From positions 19,962,251 through 20,026,250 of the forward strand of contig CM119267.1 in NCBI GenBank assembly GCA_051294375.1: 64,000 bases of DNA, read 5' to 3'. Position numbers and translations under genes: made by a program. Source of the DNA: Paraspadella gotoi (taxonomy: Eukaryota; Animalia; Chaetognatha). Of this stretch, positions 37,205-49,990 are shown piece by piece. Within the stretch, counting starts at the first letter, position 1; every line of letters starts with the position of its first letter. Under the pieces are notes generated by a model that saw only the letters and a list, made by a program, of their open reading frames with translations, made no database searches and was not told where the DNA came from.

Positions 37205-37775
37205 TGAAGAGACAGTAATTATTGTTGTGTTAGTGACAGAAACGTTCAATATAAGCAGTACCTGAGCTTCTGATCAGGCTGTAACACCATGTTACAGGCG
37301 GGTTAAGCACACCGTCCCTCTTAACTGCTAGGCGACCACCGGGCTAGAACCCTGGACCTTTGGGTTTTGGAGGCGAATGACTTGCCTCCGGCACCAATGG
37401 CCGCTGATGAACGGTTGGTGGATTTTAGTCCACCATATATCCCCCCTCCCGTAGAGAGAAGTCTGTTGCGTCTCTTCAGTGAATTGTTATTGGTGGAAAG
37501 TTTGTCACAAAGTTGAGGCATGTCGCCTGATATGTTTGAAGTGTTGTTGTTACTGTTATGTTCGGAATAATTATTATTATGTGTTAGTGACAGAACCATT
37601 CAATATAAGCAGTACCTGAGCTTTGGATCAGGCTGTAACACCATGTTACAGGCGGGTTAAGCGCCCCATATCTCTTAACTGCTCCCACCGGGCTAGAACC
37701 CCGGGTTGGGAAGCAAATGACTTGCCTCCGCACCAATGGCCGCTGATGAACGGTTGCTGATTTTAGTCCACCATA
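37205..37775 (-). mobile_element. Two-LTR miniature LTR retrotransposon (TRIM, Helenus-type, tRNA-like module in LTR); duplicate at ~39201-39775
   Basis: LTRs 37205-37437 and ~37567-37775, purine tract (GGGAGGGGGGATA on the - strand) abutting the 3' LTR, 4-bp TSD CTAT. The PBS junction is deleted in this copy. Confidence 0.85.
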
Positions 37776-38155
37776 CTATTTTAGTTTTAGGAATTCCTGA
37801 AGGTGGCGCTTGTAGTCCTTTAGATTTGAGGTTTTTCTGTCTATGACAAAAGAGAAACCAACGTATAGGGAGTTATATGCATTTTTAACGTAATTGGGAC
37901 AGGACCGACGGACAGACATACCGACTGACAGACCAAAAAGTGACCTATAAAGTTGCTCGCGAGTACTCGCAGTGCAACTGAAAACTTTCAACTTGTCCAT
38001 AAGAGAAAAAGTTTTTAGGCTTAACAAGGTTTGGTTGAACCCATTTCAATGATAGAATGATAAAGNNNNNNNNNNNNNNNNNNNNNNNNNATTTCATACC
38101 AATCCATTCATCCAATCACGAGTAATTGGATTTTTTTGCTAAGGTGGGAAGGACG

Positions 38156-38186
<31 letters not shown>

Positions 38187-40258
38187 ATCATTTTTTTACA
38201 TAATTTATCATAATTCGATATTCTGACATGATATAAGTGTGTGCCCGACAATATTGAGGGGGCGGACCGACGAACCGACAAAGTGAATTATAGAGTCGGG
38301 ATCTGCTGATAAGCAGATCCGACTAAAAACGAGTTTAAATTGGAAAAACAAAGGTCACATTTAAATTTTGAAGAGACAATCATATGCACAGCTGATGTAT
38401 ATTGAGATAAGACAGTTTTTATTTGTGAAAGTTATATTATTTTATTTATTCTCATTTATTTTAATTCTTTTTCAATATTAAAGTTTATTTCTCTCTCTCT
38501 CTCTTAGTTAAAATGATTGATTGACTGATAGATCAGTTAATAGGCTTAAAGATAGACTAATAAATTCTTTTTTGATTTATGAGAAAATCAGTTATGATTT
38601 GTCGTTTCTCCAACATTGTTTACTCACACTTATTTAGCGGTAGTATTTCGCTACTCGTCCAAGAATCAGCAGCACCTATGGCGCCGGAGGTAGCACGAGC
38701 TCCTCCCAACCCAAAGAACTCGGGTTTGCGCCCTGCTGATTCATACAAAAAGCGGGACGGGGCGTCTAACCCACCTGTAGTGACGACCTTGTGTGCAACG
38801 GACGGTGATCTGCTCGCGGCATCATCTTCCACAGTGGCGCGTTTTTTTCTTTTGCACATGTCTTTGTCCGCTCGTAGTATACTAATAGGTGTTATTCATT
38901 TTATTCTTTCTACAGCTTTTCTGAATGGAACAACTGAGGTTAGTTTTTTATGTGAGAATTACTGATCTTTCATTGACCTATTTGCTCATGTTCTTCTGCT
39001 ATTTTTTGATCCTTAAACAAATGAAATATTTTATAAAAACAAGAACGGTAATTCAAATGTGTTGCGCCGCAGTGACTGCCTTATCATATGTATTTTTTGT
39101 CCCATGACATGACATGACATGACGTGTCATAACTAATAATAACTTTCTTTACCCATGTATTTATGACAAGCACTGCATCAAATTTCCATCTTTTATTCTA
39201 TTGAAGAGACAGTAATTATTGTTGTGTTAGTGACAGAAACGTTCAATATAAGCAGTACCTGAGCTTCTGATCAGGCTGTAACACCATGTTACAGGCGGGT
39301 TAAGCACACCGTCCCTCTTAACTGCTAGGCGACCACCGGGCTAGAACCCTGGACCTTTGGGTTTTGGAGGCGAATGACTTGCCTCCGGCACCAATGGCCG
39401 CTGATGAACGGTTGGTGGATTTTAGTCCACCATATATCCCCCCCTCCCGTAGAGAGAAGTCTGTTGCGTCTCTTCAGTGAATTGTTATTGGTGGAAAGTT
39501 TGTCACAAAGTTGAGGCATGTCGCCTGATATGTTGAAGTGTTGTTGTTACTGTTATGTTCGGAATAATTATTATTATGTGTTAGTGACAGAACCATTCAA
39601 TATAAGCAGTACCTGAGCTTTGGATCAGGCTGTAACACCATGTTACAGGCGGGTTAAGCGCCCCATATCTCTTAACTGCTCCCACCGGGCTAGAACCCCG
39701 GGTTGGGAAGCAAATGACTTGCCTCCGGCACCAATGGCCGCTGATGAACGGTTGCTGGATTTTAGTCCACCATACTATTTTAGTTTTAGGAATTCCTGAA
39801 GGTGGCGCTTGTAGTCCTTTAGATTTGAGGTTTTTTCTGTCTTAACAAAAGAGAAACCAACTATAGGGAAGTTATATGCATTTTTAACGTAATTGGGACA
39901 GACCGACGGACAGACATACCGACTGACAGACCAAAAAGTGACCTATAAAGTTGCTCCGCGAGTACTCGCAGTGCAACTGAAAACTTTCAACTTGTCCATA
40001 AGAGAAAAAGTTTTTAGGCTTAACAAGGTTTGGTTGAACCCATGTTCAATGATAGAATGATAAAGAAAAATGAGGTGTATTTGGTTTCCGGGCTAAATTC
40101 TGGCGGTATTTTTGACTGTATTTTGGTAGCAGCATTTTTTGTTAATTCAGATAGGAATGAATGATTTAGGGGTCTGAAGGTATCTAGCTAAGGTTGGGTT
40201 ATAACCATGTTGGGAAAAAAAATTGTTGCGGTTTGGAAAAGTTTCATAGTTAAATATT

Positions 40259-40925
40259 TTTAGTCGGATCTGCGTATCAGCAGATTCCAACTCTATAATC
40301 CACTTTGTCGGTCCTTCGATCCCACTCCAAAATCTTGTCAGTAAATCATGTCTGTCTGTCCGTCCGTACTTCGGTCCGTCCCCCCTTAGCATTAAACTCC
40401 AATTACTCGTGATTAGAGGGATGGATTGGAATGAAATTTTGTGTGTGGGTTTGAGCTGGAAATGAGTGGAAATGAGTTTAAATGGAAAAATCTTAAGTCA
40501 TATTTACTTAAATCTTTTTACTAATTTTTACTAATGAGTGGAAATGAGTTTAAATGGAAAAATCTTAAGTCATATTTACTTAAATATTTTTACTAATTTT
40601 AACCCAAAATTACTCTAATTAATCATAATTGGATGATAGATTGAGATGAAATTTTGTTTGTAGGTAGGAAAGTGTGTGATGAAGCTGGATATCAAGTTTC
40701 GATGGAATCGAGCAAGTGGAAATAAGTTTCAGTGGAAAAAACATAAATTACATGTACTTAAATCTTTTTACTAATTTTAACCCATAATTACTCTAATTAA
40801 TCATAATTGGATGGATAGATTGAAATAAAATTATGTGTGTGGCTAGGAAAGTGCATGATTGAACAGGATATAAAGTTTTGATGGAAACGAGGAGAGAAAA
40901 TGAGCTTTAATGGAAAAAACCAGTC
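40259..40925 (+). mobile_element. HINE-like element, 5' half
   Basis: TAGTCGGATCTGC..CAGCAGATTCC start, GTCY tract, subrepeats. Confidence 0.75.
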
Positions 40926-41968
40926 AAGTAGTGGATAAGGCGCTAAGTGTGCTGAAGATGACTATCCGCAACTTCTTTATCCCCTCTTGCAGCCATGGAA
41001 CGGGTCCTGGGGTCGGAACTAGGTTTGAGGGTTTTTCACGCCCCCAAAGCGGCTTATGGCCGTCCTCACGCTTCCCGCAGGGTAGGTAATTGTAGAATGT
41101 AGATCAAATCGTTTGAAGTTACAGGCCAAAAAATATTGTTACTTCAAATGAAAAATGGCGAAAAAATTATATTTAATTTTTTTCCATTTTTGGTATTTGT
41201 TTTTATTTCGAATAAAGTTATTTTTAATTTTTTTTTTAATTTGGTAATGCTAAAGGCCTTGCACCTTTTTTTGGTTCAAAAAATTCATATTATAGCTCTC
41301 AGAAAAGAGGGAAAAATGCATATCATCAACATCGGGGTAAAAAGAATTGCGTTAAAGATGTGGAAAAACATTTCACTGTCATACCTCAATTTGCTGTATG
41401 AGAGCATGACAAACAAATGCAGGCAGTCGTCGATGCCAAGGAAGGGCATACCAAATATTGAAATTGGTTTCCCTATGTTTTGTATACTTTTTATTGAATA
41501 AATGAATTATGTTATATACTTTTTTCCTAGAAAGTATGTTCAACCCGCTTATGGCTCATTGAGTGATACCAACCTCGGTGAATTGATCCCCCAATGATAC
41601 CTTCCCTGTGAGAAGCGTGAGGACGGCCGTAAACCTCCTTGGGGCGTGGAAATTCTCAAGCCTGGTTCCATTGCTGCTGATGGGGCACAGAAGATTCGAG
41701 TAGTAGTCTTCAGCCCACTTATCGCCTAATCCACAGAAATAATGGTTGGGGATTATGGAAGAATATGTTTATTATTTTCTATGCCTGCGAGGGTCGCGCG
41801 TTCTATATACATTCAGATATACAAGGAGAGGAACAGAGAGGAAGGATTTTTAAATCTTATCGATGTAAATTACGAATATATCGTTTATTCTTGTAGAAGT
41901 ACATGCCGCCGCTAAAAAAAAATGCCAATTGTAAACATTTTTTCAATATTAGATAAAAATATAAAAGT

Positions 41969-42800
41969 AACAAGTTTGAACAAACAATGTCGGATCTGCC
42001 CACGATCATTAGTGGTAATTAATTTATTAATTAATACAAACTATATAAACTAAAACAATTTAATTAATAAATTAATTAATTTGATCCGAAAAGTTTGTTT
42101 TATGGTGGACTAAAATCTACCAACCGTTCATCAGCGGCTATTGGTGCCGGAGGCAAGTCATTCGCCTCTCAACCCAAAGGTCCGGGGTTCTAGCCCGGTG
42201 GTCGTCTCGCAGTTAAGAGGGACGGGCCGCTTAACCCGCCCGTAACATGGTGTTACAGCCTGATTCGAAGCTCAGGGACTGCTTATATTGAACGGTTCTG
42301 TCACTAACACATAACAATAATTACTGTCTCTTCAGTTTTTAGATCTTTTGTCACTGAACACGACAAAAGCAACGACGACGATGATGGCGATGATGGCGAT
42401 GATGACAATAATGCGATAAAGATTGACTTGATTAAATAATTAATTAATTTATAAATAAATTAATTGAATAATTAATTAATAGATAACTAAATTAATTAAT
42501 TAATTGATTAATTTATTAACTGATTAATTATTTGATTAATTAATACATCTTATCTTGTATGTACATTTAATATAAAAAGAAAACGAAGCATAATCAATAA
42601 GTGAAACAGGTTTTTTGTTTTTTCCATTTAAACTCATTTCCACTCAGACGATTCCATTGAAACTTGATTTCCAGCTTAATCACACACTTTCCTACCCACA
42701 TACAAAATTTCATTCCAATCCATCCATCCAATCACGAGTAATTGGAGTTTTTTTCTAAGGTGGGACGGACGGACAAACAGACAGACGGACAGACAGACGG
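41969..42800 (-). mobile_element. HINE-like element (TTAA-rich centre) interrupted by a solo LTR
   Basis: AACAAGTTTG..ATGTCGGATCTGCC end and a GACR tract at 42765-42800. Confidence 0.72.
42101..42334 (+). mobile_element. Solo LTR, TRIM family 1
   Basis: TATGGTGGAC...CTCTTCA, 234 bp, TSD GTTT, A box 42142-42153, B box 42186-42196; inserted in a HINE copy. Confidence 0.88.
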
Positions 42801-42935
42801 AAAATCTTTTAATATTTTCTATGCCAGCGCGAAATCGAAAAATCCCGAAAATCTCGGATATCAATTGGGCGGGATCTTTTGTATTGTGAGGAAAAAAGGC
42901 GGCGATAATGCGATATAAAAGTTTAGAAAAGGAAA

Positions 42936-42975
<40 letters not shown>

Positions 42976-44466
42976 GAGAGAAAAGATAGAGAGAAGCTGA
43001 CAGCCGCTGGACCGCCGCTGGACCGCCGTTGAGAGCTGAANNNNNNNNNNNNNNNNNNNNNNNNNNNNNNNNNNNNNNNNNNNNNNNNNNNNNNNNNNNN
43101 NNNNNNNNNNNNNNNNNNNNNNNNNNNNNNNNNNNNNNNNNNNNNNNNNNNNNNNNNNNNNNNNNNNNNNNNNNNNNNNNNNNNNNNNNNNNNNNNNNNN
43201 NNNNNNNNNNNNNNNNNNNNNNNNNNNNNNNNNNNNNNNNNNNNNNNNNNNNNNNNNNNNNNNNNNNNNNNNNNNNNNNNNNNNNNNNNNNNNNNNNNNN
43301 NNNNNNNNNNNNNNNNNNNNNNNNNNNNNNNNNNNNNNNNNNNNNNNNNNNNNNNNNNNNNNNNNNNNNNNNNNNNNNNNNNNNNNNNNNNNNNNNNNNN
43401 NNNNNNNNNNNNNNNNNNNNNNNNNNNNNNNNNNNNNNNNNNNNNNNNNNNNNNNNNNNNNNNNNNNNNNNNNNNNNNNNNNNNNNNNNNNNNNNNNNNN
43501 NNNNNNNNNNNNNNNNNNNNNNNNNNNNNNNNNNNNNNNNNNNNNNNNNNNNNNNNNNNNNNNNNNNNNNNNNNNNNNNNNNNNNNNNNNNNNNACTCAT
43601 TTTTCGACGAATATGAGTAGGGACGAACTCTTTTTCTTTCTATAAAAAAATATTACAAAATAAATATGTGGCTATAGAGCCATATAAGAAATTTTTTGTA
43701 CATTGAAAGTAAACTTAAAAATGCATAAATTTTCGTTTGAGCATGTTCCCATACTAAATTTTTGATTCACCCCATTAAGAGGGGCTACCCCTATTCAGAA
43801 GAAAAAAAACTTGTCGCGATAAAAAATATAAAAAATATATAAAAAATATAAAAAATATTACAAAATAAATATGTGGCTATAGAGCCATATAAGAAATTTT
43901 TTGTACATTGAAAGTAAACTTAAAAATGCATAAATTTTCGTTTGAGCATGTTCCCATACTAAATTTTTGATTCACCCCATTGAGAGGGGCTACCCCTATT
44001 CAGAAGAAAAAAAACTTGTCGCGATAAAGCTAAACTCTTTTCAATAATAACGATACAAAAATTATAATCCTATTAACAAAATATATAGTTAAAAATACTC
44101 AGTTAACGACTATGATATTTTTGACTTCCAAATATTTTTTTTACTTATCAAAAAAAATTTTATTTCCTCATTTTAAAAAAATTTAATCTTGAATGAAATT
44201 TTTGATTCTTTTTTTAGGAAGAAACCAGACCGAGGTCAAATTTTATATTTGCATATTTAATTAATTTATAAATAGTTATCACAACTCAAATAATTATTAT
44301 TTAAAAAAAAGATAAAAATGATTAAATATATACACTAAAAATATTTATAAATTTAATAATAGTACAAAGAGAGAGAGTGAGAGAGAGCTGGAACTCGTTT
44401 ACTCGTCGCCTAGTGACGGTGGTGAAAAAAAAAGAATAAAAATGTTTTTTTGTAAAAAAAAGAGAT

Positions 44467-44527
<61 letters not shown>

Positions 44528-44621
44528 GCCGGAACTCGTTTAGTCGTTTATTCGTCGCCTAGTGACGGTGGTGAAAAAAAGTAAATTTAAAAAAAAAAAA
44601 AAACAAAAAAAAAAAACAAAG

Positions 44622-45620
44622 AGACAATAGACAATAGACAATATTAAATTACTTGTGGCTTTAGGCACCTTGAGGGCCTTTAAAGCTACCTATTTCTCAT
44701 AGTATTTACAAATTGTAATTGACCTTTGAACAAAAGTGCATCTCCTAACTACAGTCAGTTGAACAAACTTCATGAAACCTCTCCAATTGACAATGAATAC
44801 AGATTCGCTCCTTTCCTAGTATTTCCCAACCCAGAAGTGTTCTATCGGAGAGATATATGTGTTTGAATACGATTCAAAAGAAATACAATCAATAATGTCA
44901 TCAAACAAATTATTACAACGAATTTATACGACGATAGCATTCTGTTAGAAAAGTCCGCGTACATATTCGACTGTAAGGGATCATGTCTGCTGCATCTAAT
45001 AACATCAGTAGGGGTATGGAGGGGTAAATTTTGAAAAGTTCTTATCCAAAAGTACTGAAGCTTGTCAAATTTTTCCCAATACATCTTGCAGCTGAAGCAA
45101 AACATGGTGATGAATACATAAATATGACGACAACAAGACTAGAGAATAAATTGGTAAACAAGACGGTAGTTATCATTTGGTACAAATCTAGACAGGCGAT
45201 TGATTGCTAAAAATTTTTTATCTTGCTTTAGTAAATAGATCATTTAAATGTTGAGTCCATGTTAATTTTTTATCTAAGTTACATCCTAAAAATTACACGT
45301 TGCAACACGTTTTACTACCAAAAAGAAATAGTTCTATAGCTTAATCATTATAAATATGAGTGCGAGTTAAAATAAACAGTTACCTTAGGTAAAAGTTCTA
45401 AAACACCTTTTTCCATCCTTCTAAACGATTTAAAGTTTTTTGGAGACAATTACAGCGCTAGCAGGATCCTTTGAGGAGCCCAGACGATGAAATCATCTGC
45501 ATATTGTGAGGCATTTTCCAAAATTCTGTGCTGTTCCATCGCTGGAGGTGTTGTAGACTTGGTTTTGGATTTCTGTTTTGATTAGTGAAGATCATTCTAC
45601 ATGAAAGTAAGAATTTCTGG
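44622..45620 (-). mobile_element. Decayed 5'-truncated LINE (RT domains 5-7 and thumb)
   Basis: QYADDFIVW (YADD at 45503-45492), LQKTLNRLEGW, FLGCNLDKKLTWTQHL, LFSSLV..MYSSPCF, with stops and frameshifts; (ATTGTCT)n tail at ~44622-44645. Confidence 0.85.
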
Positions 45621-47013
45621 ACTTAAGACATCTTTCTCAGTCTCTCTCAGTCCTCTCTGTCTCTATCTGTATGCGACTCTCTCTGTACGATCTCTTTCGT
45701 GCATCGTCGTTTTTTGAAAATTCTGATTATTTTTTTTTTCTAAAAAAAATAAAATATTTGATCAGGCGCTGCCTTCTGAAATCGTTTAAAAACGAGTTCA
45801 GGCTCTCTCTTTTGAACTAGATGAAATTGAAATTGAAAAAAATAGAAAGTTAATTGATGCTTAATCACACTCTAATAAAACAATTTTATTTTTATCTACT
45901 TTTTGCTTAATACAAAACTCCATATTTATTCCGAGATATTCGTGGATTTTTATTTTTTCCTTCTAAAAACTTTTATTATATTTATTATTCTCTCTATATT
46001 TCTCTCTCAATTAACTCCTCTGTCGCTTCCTCTCTCTCCCTCTCTTTCTCTCTCTCTTAATTAACATCGCATCAATGAATGATTATCATCCGATCAATGA
46101 AGTACCATCATCACACACATGCACATGATCTTACATTGCATCAATCATTGTTATCATCTCATCAATCCTTCGTTATCATCGCGATAAATACTCTGAGTTA
46201 TCCTCATCCGCTCCCTAATATTGCTTTATCATCCAAAGCCAGGCTCGATCCCTATTGCTTTTAAGATTTTTCGTAGATTTTTTTTTATTTTTTATTTTTT
46301 TTAATTTTCTTTATTTTTCTCAAATTTGATTTTTTTAGTATCAAAATCTGTGGTTAATCCAGATTTTTCTTATGCAATTGCGACGATCCTTATGCTTTTA
46401 AGATTTTTTATTATTTAATTTTATTTCCTTGTACTTAAAAATGAACCTTAAACTTAAAGTTAAAGTTAAAGTTAAAGTCAATAAAAACTGTATTATTTAA
46501 ATGATTAATACTCATTCTGTTAATAGGTCCTTCAACCATTAAAAACCAATTATTGCTTGCAAATGGATTGTGTATGGACGCCAATATCAATAAAAGATTT
46601 TCATTTCTTCGAATTCATGTGTCCATTATGCGCTTTTTTCCTTGCTGTAGCGGGCTTGATTTGGACTATTTTACACCGAGATGGGCATACCTTTCATATC
46701 TCATTTGAGTGAGTTTTAAGTACATAATAAGTATTGAATTCCTCCTTGAGTACCTTGACTCAAAATATTTTTTATCTCGCCAGCCAGGCTAAAGCCCGAC
46801 TTGAGCGAGATGTAGGATCTCTTTGTGACTATCGTCGTCGTTGTCATCGTCGTCGTCACTTTTTTTTACCATTGGAAATTGTAAAAGTGTATTACCATAG
46901 GAAGCTAAAAATATAGATATAGATTCTAATCAGCAAGATCTTTTAGATTCACATGTTTTATATTGCTACACGTATATGCTTATGTTTTATTTACAAAACA
47001 ATTTATTTATAAT

Positions 47014-47675
47014 TAAGCAGTCCCTGAGCTTCAGATCAGGCTGTAACACCGTGTTACAGGCGGGCTAAGCGCCCCGTCCTTGTTAACAGCTAGGCAACCA
47101 CCGGGCTAGAACCCCGGATCTTTGGGTTGGGAGGCGAATTACCTGCCTCCGGCACCAATGGCCACTGATGAACGGCTGGTGGATTTTAGTCCACCATACA
47201 TCCCCTCTTCCGTAGGGAGATTTCTGTTGCGTCTCTTAAAGATTTTAGTCCACCATACATCCCCTCTCCCGTAGGGAGAAGTCTGTTGCGTCTCTTAAGT
47301 GAATTGTTCTTGTAGGTAGAAAGTTCGTCACCAAGTTGAGGCATGTCGCCTGATGTGTTGTTGGCGGAAAGTGCATCACCAGGTTGAGGCATGTCGCCTG
47401 AAAGTGTTGTTGCTGTTGTGTTCCGAAGTCTGGCTCACCAATGAAGAGACAGTAATTATTGTTATGTGTTAATGACAGTACCGTTCAATATAAGCAGTCC
47501 CTGAGCTTCGAATCAGGCTGTAACACTGTGTTAGAGGCTGGTTAAGCACCCCGTCTCTCTTAACTGCTAGGCGATCACCGGGCGAGAACCCAAGACCTTT
47601 GGGTTGGGAGGTGAATGACTTGCCTCCGGCACCAATGGCCGCCGACGAACGGCGGGTGGATTTTAGTTCACCATA
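47014..47675 (-). mobile_element. TRIM of the same family with intact PBS and PPT
   Basis: 5' LTR 47675-47442 ends CTCTTCA; then T and the PBS TGGTGAGCCAG (47440-47430); PPT GGAAGAGGGGATG before the 3' LTR (47198-47014, distal end lost). Confidence 0.85.
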
Positions 47676-48092
47676 GGACCTTATTTTAAAACGCTCTTCT
47701 TAGAACAGTTAAAGGGAATTTGTTATGAATAATATCAAGCCCGAAAATCCTTGTGTCACAAATCAAAATGCTGCTGCATCTGAAATCTGAAATCTTCATT
47801 TTTTCAGCTCTCAACAATAAAGCCCTTTATTACAGCCATACATATTAAACCTAAGGGTATTGGATCTTCATAAATGTCGAGAAATGAAGTCTATGTACTC
47901 TATAGTAAAATGCAGCTATGGTTTTTTGCCTCGCAGCAAAATATAAGGAAATATTTTTTTATCTGATGCTGCAGTAGATTGCATTATGCTATTAACTTGA
48001 TATTTTATACTACTACATTAATTATTGTTTTCACAAGCTTACAGAGATTGCAAACAGCCAGAGGGGCCACTACAGTATATAAATATATAGCC

Positions 48093-48148
48093 TTATGGTG
48101 GACTAAAATCCACCAACCATCCATCAGCGGCCATTGGTGGCAAGTCAG
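48093..48148 (+). mobile_element. Fragment of a TRIM family 1 LTR
   Basis: TATGGTGGACTAAAATCCACCAACC..CAGCGGCCATTGGTG..GCAAGTCA. Confidence 0.7.
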
Positions 48149-48477
48149 CTTCTTTATCTGCTGCAGCTTAAAGGCCATAGGATAGTAAAGATAAGACATC
48201 ACAGTAAAAATTTCTAAATTGAGTTCTTCATTTGCTCTCTTTAGAATTTNNNNNNNNNNNNNNNNNNNNNNNNNGAGAAGAGATTATCGCACATCTTTAA
48301 CACCCTAGCAGGCCATAGAATGTAAGGTGTTTAACCAAAATGTGAAAAGCTTAATTTTACATTCTAGGAAATATGTTTGGGGGTAAAAAAATAAGAATTG
48401 CATAAACTTGGTGTTAAATTGGGTCAACACCTGAGACCTACTCCAGGATAAAACTAAAGGATGAAAAGATACTTTGA

Positions 48478-49100
48478 GTAGCCAAGCCGATGAAATTTAA
48501 AATGCTAATTAACAGCGTTAAAATAATCCATCATGACCATAGATTATGGTATTAAATATTTTTTTTTCAAATATGCTTTCTTCTGAGGGTACTAAGCCTA
48601 ATTACATATTAATTTACTATATAGAGCAAAAAAATTTTTTTTTTAATCTTAAAAAGTTTTTGATGATTCCTGATAGAGCATAAAAAAGTTAAACAGAAAT
48701 ATAATTACTGCTTTTAAAATTCTTACGTTTTCTAAGGTGAAAATATAAAAAAACTGATAAAATCATTAAAAGATGAAAATGATGATGATGATTGTTTTTA
48801 AGGTTTTTTCCTTTATTTTTGACACACTTATCCGTAAAAATATATTTAAACAAAGAATCATACTTTGTGTAGCAACTTTTTAATGAGCTATCTGAATCTT
48901 GGTCTTTAAAATTTAAAAAAATTAAAAAAAATTTTTGGCCTTTCCTATTTATAAATAAATATTTAAAAAAATTAATTCTAGGGTATAGAGGCCATATTAG
49001 AAATTTTTTGAAAGTATTCTTAAAAAAATGTCTAAATATCGTTTGAGCATGTACTCGCTCTAAATTTTTGCTCACACCCATTGAGTGCAGCTACCCCTAC
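48478..49100. mobile_element. Family-B repeat
   Basis: Near-identical to 7089-7688 apart from scattered indels. Confidence 0.75.
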
Positions 49101-49191
49101 TTTGAGAACATTGAATAAATACTATTTGAGTAGAGTGATGTTGAATATAAAATTTGATAAAATCATAATTTAGCATATAGAATATGAAAAT

Positions 49192-49990
49192 AACAAGTTG
49201 AGGCAAAACAATATCGGATCTGCCCACGATCATATCGGTATTAACTATTAATTATTAATTAATTAATAGAATTCATGTTAATTAAATTATATTTTAAATA
49301 ATTATTTATTCAAGGTAATTGATTTAATTAATTATGCAATTAATTAATTAATTTGATCCAAAATGTTTGTTTTGATTATATTACTATAATTAATTAGATT
49401 AATTAATTACTAATTGATTTAATTAACTGATTAATTTATTGATTATATTAATACATCCTGCATATACATTTAAATAAAAGGAAAAAGAAGCTAATCAATT
49501 ACGTGAAACAGTTTTTCTTGTTTTTTTCCATTTAAATTCATTTCCATAAACAATTCCATCACAACTTGATTTTCCCCATTTAATCACACACATTTCTACC
49601 CACATACAAATTCAGTCAATTCGGCCCTTCCACTCATGGAGAATTGCTGTTCAAATAGTGAATATTATTTGTTTTTCTCACTTAAATCATTTCACTCGGG
49701 ACGATTCCATCGAAACTTCATATCCCAGCTCAATCACAACCATTCCAGTATCCACACACAAAATTATTCTAAATCCATCCATCCAACACGTAGTAATGGT
49801 TTTTTTGCTAAGGTGGGACGGGACAGAACAGGACGGACGGACGACACGACATCGATTTTTTTTGCATAATTATCATAATTCGTGTTCTGACTGATATAAG
49901 TATATGCCCGACAAAATTGAGGGGGCGGACCGACGGGACCGACAAGTTGAATTATAGAGTCGGGATCTGCTGAAAGCAATCCGACTAAAA
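49192..49990 (-). mobile_element. HINE-like element, both ends present, TTAA-rich centre
   Basis: Same termini as 35026-36330; the sequence is noisy. Confidence 0.72.

Larger units (their letters stand above)
36096..40045. other. ~1.97-kb direct duplication across a 25-N gap (probable assembly overlap)
   Basis: 36096-38065 is nearly identical to 38091-40045, differing mainly by 1-bp indels. Confidence 0.8.

Noticed and set aside
38579-38965. 128-aa ORF
   Set aside because: Runs through a decayed LTR and intron sequence; no recognisable motif.
36096-40045. Real tandem duplication giving mutually exclusive microexons
   Set aside because: The copies abut a 25-N gap and differ by homopolymer-type indels; likely an assembly overlap.
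43650-44030. ~205-bp tandem duplicate
   Set aside because: Adjacent to a gap and made of a family-B repeat end; probably a contig-end artefact.
47690-48090. Further exons of the 25581 gene
   Set aside because: Stops in the phase-compatible frame; at best a decayed LINE 3' fragment, too weak to call.
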